64,000 bases of DNA, from positions 62,001 to 126,000 of the forward strand of contig CATNEN010000026.1 in assembly GCA_950097015.1 (NCBI GenBank). Direction: 5' to 3'. A model generated the notes under the pieces. It made no database searches. It was given only the letters and a program-made list of their open reading frames with translations, and was not told the origin of the DNA. Position numbers and translations under genes: made by a program. Positions within the stretch are counted from its first letter, which is position 1. Each line of letters starts with the position of its first letter. Positions 49,101-59,700 of the stretch are shown one piece after another. This DNA is from Macrostomum hystrix (Eukaryota > Animalia > Platyhelminthes).

Positions 49101-50801
49101 CAAACCAGATATCATGAGCCCAACCAAACCAAAAATCATGAGCCCAACCAAACCAGATATCATGAGCCCAACTAAACCAGATGTCATGAGCCCAACTAAA
49201 CCAGATATCGAGCCCAACTAAACCAGATTTCGAGCCCAACTAAACCAGATATCATGAGCCCAACTAAACCAGATATCATGAGCCCAACTAAACCAGATAT
49301 CATGAGCCCAACTAAACCAGATATCATGAGCCCAACTAAACCAGATATCATGAGCCCAACTAAACCAGATATCATGAGCCCAACTAAACCAGATATCATG
49401 AGCCCAACTAAACCAGATATCATGAGCCCAACTAAACCAGATATCATGAGCCCAACTAAATCAGATATCATGAGCCCAACCAAACTAGATATTATGAGCC
49501 CAACAAAACCAGATATCATGAGCCCAACCAAACCAGATATCATGAGCCAACCAAACCAGATATCATGAGCCCAACCAAACCAGATATCATGAGCCCAACT
49601 ATAAACCAGATATCATGAGCCCAACTAAACCAGATATCATGAGCCCAACTAAACCAGATGTCATGAGCCAAACTAAACCAGATATCGAGCCCAACTAAAT
49701 CAGATATCATGAGCCCAACTAAACCAGATATCGAGCCCAACTAAACCAGATATCATGAGCCCAACTAAACCAGATATCATGAGCCCAACTAAACCAGATG
49801 TCATGAGCCAAACTAAACCAGATATCGAGCCCAACTAAATCAGATGTCATGAGCCCAACTAAACCAGATATCGAGCCCAACTAAATCAGATGTCATGAGC
49901 CCAACTAAACCAGATATCGAGCCCAACTAAACCAGATATCATGAGCCCAACTAAACCAGATGTCATGAGTCAAACTAAACCAGATATCATGAGCCCAACT
50001 AAACCAGATATCGAGCCCAACTAAATCAGATGTCATGAGCCCAACTAAACCAGATATCGAGCCCAACTAAACCAGATATCATGAGCCCAACTAAACCAGA
50101 TATCATGAGCCCAACTAAACCAGATATCATGAGCCCAACTAAACCAGATATCATGAGCCCAACTAAACCAGATGTCATGAGCCCAACTAAACCAGATATC
50201 GAGCCCAACTAAACCAGATATCGAGCCCAACTAAACCAGATATCATGAGCCCAACTAAACCAGATGTCATGAGCCCAACTAAACCAGATATCATGAGCCC
50301 AACTATAAACCAGATATCATGAGCCCAACCAAACCAGATGTCATGAGCCCAACTAAACCAGATATCGAGCCCAACTAAACCAGATATCATGAGCCCAACT
50401 AAACCAAATATTATGAGCCCAACCAAACCAGATGTCATGAGCCCAACTAAACCAGATGTCATGAGCCCAACTAAACCTGATATCATGAGCCCAACTAAAC
50501 CAGATGTCATGAGCCCAACTAAACCAGATATCATGAGCCCAACTAAATCAGATGTCATGAGCCCAACTAAACCAGATATCATGAGCCCAACTAAACCAGA
50601 TGTCATGAGCCCAACTAAACCAGTTTTCGAGCCCAACTAAACCAGATATCGAGCCCAACTAAATCAGATGTCATGAGCCCAACTAAACCAGATATCATGA
50701 GCCCAACTAAACCAGATATCATGAGCCCAACTAAACCAGATATCATGAGCCCAACTAAACCAGATGTCATGAGCCCAACTAAACCAGATATCATGAGCCC
50801 A
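46192..50801. repeat. 4.6-kb 24-bp satellite (ATGAGCCCAACYAAACCAGATATC) with higher-order structure
   Basis: ~190 copies with 22-, 23- and 26-bp variants. It produces all the MSPTKPDI, WAHDIWFG and LMISGLVG ORFs. Confidence 0.97.
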
Positions 50802-53202
50802 AACAGACTAAGTGATATTTTAGCGGTTCAAAAGCTGACTCAATCGAGAGTTGCTAAAAATAGGCAAAATTTGTATGATTTCCGAACCTATGGTGGAATC
50901 AGCGTCACATCTGTTTCCAATTAAAATTTGCCCAAATTTTCGAGTACCATTCAAACGATCGTGGACAGCAAATGAAGAATTTTTTTGAAAGCGCTGTATT
51001 AACAAAGCTGGCCTTAGTGCCAATTCTTTGGAACAGCCAAAAGCCTATGGAGTGTCGGCCACCTGAGCAAATCTTGAGTGATTTAAGAAGGCTGCGCATG
51101 CCGGTAATTTCGGTGAGAGCTCTCGGTTTGAGACTTCAATTCGGTGAGCTAAAACTCGAAGCTATTAATCGACCGGACGTGGAAGCTGTGTTTTTTAAAA
51201 CGGCGCGGAAAGTCAAGGATCCTATATATATATCGACTCGAGAAAGGAAGCCAAATCTAAGTAATCTAAATTATAACACAGGTGAAAATGTCGTGAAAAA
51301 CTTTATTTACATTTACTTCCAAAAGTCCAACATGAACTGCAAATGCATCGCTCATAGCCTTGCCAGTAAAATCTACAAAACATGGCAAAGCTATAATTAA
51401 TTTTCCTCAACAGCGAAATCACATACCAAACCAGAGCCCAAGGTGTACAAGGTGTTCATAGGCTTGTATAAAAGACAGTCAAAAAGAAATCAGATGTTAC
51501 GAGAATTCATATCAAGTTTCACGAGTATTAGTATACCAGAAGTTCAGAAAAATAGCGTATCTTTCAGATTAGGGACGCTAAAATTCGTAATATAACGATC
51601 ACTAATATAAAAATTTAAATTACAAGCATGAAAGATGAAAGTTGTTTTTATAAAAGTAACAAGTTTGTCGATCCAGTTGGACTAAGTTTAGTCCAGTTTA
51701 GTCCAGTTACTTCTGATAAGTATAGAAAAGTGCATGAAAATATATAGAAAAGGGCAATTGAAAGACTAAATTCGATGTTGTGCGCCTATTCTGAATTAAA
51801 AAAACTGAAAATTTTAATTTTCGAGAATGCAGCAACAGTGCACAACACTAACTCTGCCGCAATGGGCTGATAAATGACTTCTCTTAATTTATAAACTCAT
51901 ATGCAAATTAATTTGAGACTGCGAATTAAATATATCGACTGGTACAAATGTATGCATGCACTTACTTATGTAAGCATACGCAGTTGTGTGGCGATCTCAT
52001 AAAAACATTGGTCATTAATTTGAGACGCTTTATGACGACAACGTCATAAGGTAATTAAATGCGCGTAATGCAGTACAATTGGAGAATGATACAACGATTT
52101 TATTATTATTTGAATATAAATATATAAGTCGATTTTAACGAACCGAAAGTAGCTAAAAGTAGTAAAAGAACCGAAAGTATTGCGAACATGAATACAATAT
52201 ATCATATTACTCGTAGTAGATTTAAAGGAACTGATAGGAACTGCGAATGAGCCAAGCAATCAAATCAGATCTTAACCTTTTTTGCATTTTTAACCTTTGC
52301 ATTTTGCAGATCGACGGATGCATTAAGTTCTTAAGCATTTTAGAGGCTGCATATAAGCGGAGTTCTTATAACCCTCCTACCCTCATTAAATTTCGCATAT
52401 GAATATTTCTACTTTGAAAACTAGAATCGACTTTCTATTTTACACTTTCGAAAACCACGATATTTTATAATTGTGGATTAAATTTTATTTATTGATTTAT
52501 AATCGTAATATTTATTTATTTATATTATTTATATCCGTAATCAAGCAATGTCAAATTGCTTGAGAGAGTCAAGCAAACAGTGAAGCAATGAAACAGTTTT
52601 TGCGTTTATCAATATTTAACTCAGCATGTATTAAAAATTTTAGTGTATCAGTATTAGTTTTTTAGTATTAGTATTTAGTATTAGATTATTTAGTACAAGA
52701 AAATCGTGATGTTATGTTCTTGTTATAAAAAAGTACATTAAGTTTTGTTTTATTACTGTGCAGAACACTTTCTTTAGAACTAAATAGTAGACTGCTCGAT
52801 GCTATATTTAAAATTTTCATTCAAAGTCATCGAACATATTCTGAATTTAAATTTGAGTCCGGACAAATAACAACTGCCTAAAAGAAATAAGTCATAAAGT
52901 ATAAAAATATTATCATAATTCTCGAAATATTACCATCGAGTAAAACATTTTGTAACCGAGAATATGCGACATAGAAATAGTTATTTCTTAGATAATTTGA
53001 ATAATTAATTCACAATTGAACACACGAACCGGTTTTTAAAGCATTCTTCAGTTTTTTAGATTTCATTTAATTAATGATAATTATAAAAGTTATAATAGTA
53101 TATCTATTAACTAATACACAAGTGCATATCATTACTGGCTAGGTCCAGCTAACTTAGGAATTATCTCTTCTTTGTTAATTAAAAAACCCTAAGAAACAAG
53201 TC

Positions 53203-53665
53203 ATGAGTTCCCCAGACTACCACTTTCTTTTTAAGCTACTTATTATTGGAGATAGTGGTAAGTAAAGCAGCACAGTTTTCTCTATAATTTATAATAACAA
53301 ACAGTAAGCCTAGCTAAAAGTTAAATCTATAAGTTAACATAGTAGAGTAGATATCAGATATGCCTCTCAAGTTTGATACTACACATTACATTTTTAATTT
53401 TTGTAACTGCCAAACATATTGCATTTCATTTAATTACTTGAAGTCTAGTAACTATTAATAATAGTTTAGTTGCTACAAAAATGGAGAAGAACCCTTATGG
53501 TAAATAGGAATTAAATTGCTAGACAGCTATTTCATAATCACATTGACATTGTTTTGTAGCATTGTTTTTAGACCAATAACCAAGTAATTATTCATGTTAA
53601 CTAACCTTGCCTAAGTGCAGGTCTATTGTTATCAAATGATTTGCCATTCCCCACAGCTCTCCTAC

Positions 53666-53702
<37 letters not shown>

Positions 53703-56700
53703 TATAACTCTAAATTAGTATTAGCTTACATATATATATACATTGTATAATGGTAATAAAAAATAGAACTGTTAACTACATATAATTTGTTTATCTTACC
53801 AACTTTTGTCTTACAACATTGTATTGCATTGACAAGCTAGTTAAAAAAATTAGGAAAATGTGTACAATATATGAATGTGTTTAGTTAATTAACTAGCTTT
53901 TTTTGCCCGTTGTTTTTGGGGCAGAAATTTAAAGCAAAGCAGTAAGCAATTCACGTCTCTGTATTAACTTTATAGTGAAGGTCACCATTTATTTATTTAC
54001 TGCATTAATGAAAAGTGAAGAGTTTGTTTAAGGGCGTTTTAAGTAAAAAATAAGTGAAAAGTTTGTCCAAACAGCCCCCTCTTGATTACTTCTTTAGAAA
54101 CATGTCTCTTAGCCACTCCTCTATACAGTCAGTGGCAGATCCAGGAATTTTGTTTTGGGGCGGTCTGTCAGGGGAGCGCCATGAGAATCACAGAGGGGGT
54201 GCCAGCGGCCGAAAAAGGGCGCCAGGAGCCAAGAAAGGGCGCCAGCGGCTGAAAAACGGGAGCCAGCGGCTGAAAAACGGGAGCCAGCGGCCGAAAAGGG
54301 GTGCCAGTGCTGCCCCTGGTGGGGGCATCTTATTCCCATGATTAAAATTTAGGGGGGCGACTGCCCCCCCCCGCCCCCCCTAAATCTGCCTCTGTATACA
54401 GTATGCATGTACACGCGTATACATAAGGAAAATAGCCATGACATAACAATAACAATGTCAAAGAAACAAAATTAAACTGTTTCAGAGTTCAGAGTTAGAC
54501 AGGTCAAGGTCAATTCGTGACTACTTTTCTATTAATTGCTTGCGAGTCACCTCAAGGCCTGGGGATACACCACATTCTTCGTTCTTCCCCTTGGTGCGAA
54601 AATGAATAGGCCAGCTGGAGTTCCAACACGGGAGCAGGCGACATAAAGCTGCCCATGCGAGAAGCAAGGAGTCTCCAGGTTGATGCCAGCCACCTTCAGC
54701 GACTGTCCCTGAGCCTTGTTAATAGTCATCGCAAAGCACACTCTCACAGGGAACTGCAGTCGCTTGAACTGAAATGGCAGGTCCGTGGGGATAATTGGAA
54801 TCCGGGGAACGAACACAGACTCTCCTCTGCCAGATCCAGTCATTATCGTGGCCTCAATCACGTGTGGGAAGAGCCGCCTGACTATCAGTCTGGTGCCGTT
54901 ACACAGCCTTGGCGCATTCAGGTTGCGGAGGAGCATAATTGGTGCCCCAACTTTCAGCTGCAAGTTGTGCGATGGAGTTCCAGGAGGATCTAGAGAGTTC
55001 AGAAACTCAACAGGATACTCCACAGCGGTGTCATCAGTCAACGTTGTATCAATTGACTTGTAGGTGAAAACTGCACCTGGCAACTCCTGAAGCAGTTGGT
55101 AGTTAATTTCGTTGGCGGCATCATTTCTGTACTGTCTAACCCAAATATCGACCGGAGAGCCCTGCGCACTGGGACGCCACCGCACTCACCACACTCAGTC
55201 TCAGTGCTGCTTGGGGGCCAGTAGACAGTCTAGGGGTTTGGGCTGTGTACATTCACGGCTTGAAATACAATGTACAGTCTGGGGCTTCGGCGCCCTGGGA
55301 AGGGAGGGGGTGGCTGTAATAAAATTTGGCCCGCAGAGTGGCGGAGGGGAGTTGGGGTGGCTGTCCTTGGAACACAAAAAGTGACTCACTTTGAGATGAT
55401 GCAGCTTTGCTCTGGATTGAGTAGAGATGTTCAAAATTGACAGCATTGTTGGAAAACATGTAAAGTGTAAGTGGATCAAATTTGGAGAAAATCTGACAAA
55501 GTGGGGCGACGATATGTCGAATTGAGTGATTTTTTGACGATTTTTGAGCAGTTTTTTGCACTTTTGAGCAGGAAGGAAATGATTTTTCGGGAATTTGAGT
55601 AGCCTATTGCACTCAGCGTAGGTGGTTTTAGGTATGTGCAAAGTTTGGTGCGATTTGGTTGAGCGGTTTCGGCGTCTATAAAGACAAAAGGTTGCACACA
55701 CACACACACACACAGACAGACAGAGTTTTCACTTTTATATATATAGATATTCAATAATAATAATAGTTGTATTAAAACACTTTGATTTTTCATACTATAT
55801 TAGTTACTTAAATAGAGTAACAATTAAAGAGTTAGTTAGATACTTTTAATAAAGTAATTGCTATTAGCTACCTATAAACCTATGTAGCAATTTGATGTCC
55901 ACTGGACATCCACCATACTCACAAATGTGCTAAACTGTATGCCGGAAAAATGGTCTTGTATGCCAGAAAATAAAATGTATGCCCGAAGCAAACTGTAGCC
56001 TATAAAATGTACGACAGAAAGAATTAGCAATGGTATGCAAAATTTAGAAAAACAATGTGCATCATTTTACAAGAAAGAAGTAATTTTAGTGCCTAAAACG
56101 TAGGGATAAAAAGTATGCCGAAATAGGCCCTCACTAGCTGCTCCTGCTGCTGCTGCACAATGATGACTGACCCTGCCCTTGGCCCTGGCCCTAATGGCAA
56201 ATGTCTGATTACAGATTACTCTGATCTCTGAGTCTGAGTCTGATGTCAAGTCAAGGCTGTCAAGTCAAATATTTAATCATTATTAACTCTCAGTCTCTCA
56301 GTCTCTAGTCTAAGACAGAACACAGGACATAATTGCCAGATCAAAAATTAAGAATCAAGACTATAAATAGGCAATGGCCAAGATCCAAGATGCCAAGAGT
56401 CAAGACCAAGTATTGACTGCAACAGTGCAACTGAGTTCTATTTGTTGTTCTAACTTCTGACATTCTGAAGAGTTTTGCATGTTGATCAGACACACGAAAC
56501 TCCCACTTCTAGACAATGGGGAACAATTGCCTAGGAATTTATAATAGTCACGTGAGACTTACTGCAATTGCTTCTTGTTCCTTGAGTAGTTTGTAGTCTT
56601 CTGGTCTTCGAAAGCCGGCGGTTCTTCTTCTTGTGCTGGTCGACCGTGAAGTATCGGTTCTATTGCTTCTTGAGTCTTTGTAGTCTTGTCTTCTTTGTCT

Positions 56701-59700
56701 TCCTGGTAGCTGCTTGAGTTTGTCTGTTGGCCAATAAATGACGAGAGCGAATCAGATTTCTTGTCGGTTTCCTCGAGCTCGGAATTCACAATAGAAACGT
56801 GCGCCCTAGTGAACAATTGAAATCTCTCTTGTATATCTCTAATAGGTCCTCCTGAAGGGCGTCTTCTTCGTTATCTCCAAAAGATAACGGATAACTCAAA
56901 TCAAATCAATAATCCTCTAGGAATGTATCCTAGGAAACAAGGAGGCCTTTCTCAAATGTATCGACGATATGTGGCTCTCGTAAACTTAGTTCAATTCAAC
57001 AACTATTGCTAGCAATAAATTACTCTGTCTAGTAAAGCGCTTACCACTTGTCTTTCCCTCAGAGATGAGTCCTCTTCTTTGTAAGGTGTTTTGAAGTCCG
57101 GTGGACCGCTCCGAGTCTGAATTTTTAGCTCGGATTTTCGCTTGTATTTATAGTAAAATTTTGGGGAAAAACCGGTTCTACTACCGGGTGTTTACTTAGG
57201 TCACACATATTTGTTTAGTGAGTCATGATTGTGAGTTTTTACCATATTTGGAATATTGTGTAAACACAGACGCAAGAAACCGATGAGTCATAATTGTTTG
57301 CTTTACCATATTTGGAATTCAAGCAAACACAGCTGTCAAGAACCGGTTCTCCGGTTTCATGTCACATGACTTGTTTCTAAAAATAGCGTATGACTCATTC
57401 CTAAAAATAGATTAAATGTTGTAGCTAAGAGTTCCTTATGGCATTACTTTAAGTAGCGCGTTAAGCAAAAAGCACATTTTACAACTCTCTACAATTCTGA
57501 GTAGAGACAATTAGCAGTTGCAGTAGCTCACTTCTGTAATAGGTCTATATTTTTCTGCATTATAGCTGGTGATGGTTTTCTTTTTATTTTCTCGCGCTAC
57601 AAAATTTTATTACATATTTTATATACATATAGTATATTACATATTATAAATATTTTATATGCTTTATATAATTTAGTAAATATGCGTTATTAAAACAAAG
57701 TTGATAAATGCTATATAAGCATGAAGTTTTTCGTGGTGATAATACAACCCGCCAGTGAGCCAGGAAAGGCAATATCTGAGTAAAAAGATCTATTTGAATA
57801 AAGCAAACGTGTTGTGTTAGTTATTGAGGAAACACATTTAGTGCGAAACCGAGGATTGAGGCTGTGACCCTCTGATCCTGGAGAAACGCCCAGCAGAGAC
57901 TGGAGAATAAGAGACCAGTGCCTTAGAGGGATAAACCGCTCGTGCCAGTGCAGAAGCGCTACCTAGGAGAATCTCACAACGTAAGAGTTGTGGTGTTAAA
58001 ATGGCCCTTTTCAGGGCCACCAAGTTAAAGACATACGGAGAACGTGAACAGTAGAGAAGGAGATAAAAGAACAGAAGAGGCCAAAAGATACGCTACCAAG
58101 AAAGAGAGAAAAGTAGAGAGACAAGCCCTGTTACACTTCCAATAGCCAACGGGGGGCAATGCCAAGTAGGCAGAGTAGCAGGCAGTAGAGTAGAGTAGAC
58201 TGAGTAATAATTAAGACAAGAGTAATCTGTAGTTCAGTACAGTTAGATGAGTTATCAGTAATATAAGTCAGCACTTGAACGTACTGACGACTCTGACAGT
58301 GATTCTGACTCGAGGTCACTGGCACTCAGGGTCAGGGGTTACTAAAATTTGCCGAAAATCTAACTTTGTATTTTTTACTTTTGTATCCAAAAAATGTCAA
58401 CTACTGGGTAAGGATACCCAGTATCTGACAAAAAAAATTTACGCAACATGGAAATTCACCACAAAGTTTTCCATTCAATGATCCTTTTGTGGAATTTTGT
58501 TTTACCCTCCTTTAACAATCTGAATTAAAATGCAAATTTCTCAATTTCATTTCACAGAATGTTTCGCTTTCTTAGTGCAATGTAACGCAAGCTGCATGCC
58601 CGCACAACATGTGTCATGATGTGTGCCTGCAGCTTGTCTGCCTCTGCCTGTGCAGCACTGCTAGCCGGCAATGGTGGCGTATGCCAATGTACGCCGATAT
58701 ACGCCAGTACACCAATGTATCCCAGTATGCACTGTGTACGCCGGAAATACATATACCCCATGGTCCCCACCTAATCTAGTGAAAATGTATGCCGAATTTT
58801 TTTGGGGTACATGTAAGATTCAAGAGTATGGGACATCCATCATCATGACTTTCTGAAAGTCTAAATTGGATGTCCATTCGACGTACCTATGGAATAGCGA
58901 AAAATGCAGTACACTCAACATTGGTAAATTGTTGACTTTGGACACTCCTTAAAATAAAAAACCAACCTTCATTAGCAATTTTGGACAATGGGCAATGGCA
59001 AATCATAGTTGATCAGTTAGTTATATTTAAGCAGTTAGTGCAAAATTAGAGCTAATTAAAGAGTTCAGTTACAGATATGGATGCAATTGGAGTTCAGTTA
59101 CAGATACAGATGTTCAGTTGAGTTACTGCTGTTCTCAGTAGTGTCACTGCTAGTGTCACTCACTGAACTGTCATTGGACTCAGATTCCAACTCTTCCTGG
59201 TGCTGCTGCATGTGTGTGTGTGTGCAGGTAATTAGCACCTCGTGTGACGGATGGTCGCCCAACACGGAGACCCTGTCGCTGAAGCATTCCTGCCGCCACT
59301 GACTTGATCTTTGTCCAGCAGTCCTCCTAATTCATCCGCTTCCATCCACTGCCATCAGAGGGACACCAACATTTTTAGTCTTCCTCTTCTTTGCGCTGCT
59401 GCTACCATTTTTTGGGGTTAGGAATCAATGTTAGAAACTGACAGCGAAGCGCCAAGAGGTGCCTTAGACTTACTGGATGTCGACGTCCTCTTGGCAGATT
59501 TATTTCGCTGCTCAACATCGGTACTCTCCAGGTGCAGTCGACTTGGGGGTAGGTGTCTTCTTCGAGCACCTGCATCGCTATCCAATACGGAGGCTCGCAC
59601 CTCAAAATTTTTGGACTTGTGTACAAGGCGGATGTAGTCATCTGCAAATATTAAATATGATAGATCATGAGTCCGAATTCAGATAGCAAAAGTTAAATAC

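Larger units (their letters stand above)
53893..55747 (-). mobile_element. Internally deleted Helitron (1.85 kb) in the Rab intron
   Basis: The minus strand starts A/TC with a (TG)n/(TCTG)n 5' module and ends with a TTTCTGCCC...GGGCAAAAA hairpin and CTAG/T. It contains a co-oriented PIF1 helicase fragment. Confidence 0.85.

Noticed and set aside
46132-50924. (MSPTKPDI)n ORFs containing the CDK consensus S-P-x-K, and the WAHDIWFG and LMISGLVG ORFs
   Set aside because: The 24-bp unit is frequently broken by 22-, 23- and 26-bp variants, and there are no flanking splice or domain signals. The motif is most likely coincidental without expression data.
50972-51400. 142-aa plus-strand ORF
   Set aside because: No known motif and an AT-rich low-information tail. 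The CpG-rich part with TGCGCATG looks more like promoter DNA upstream of the Rab gene.
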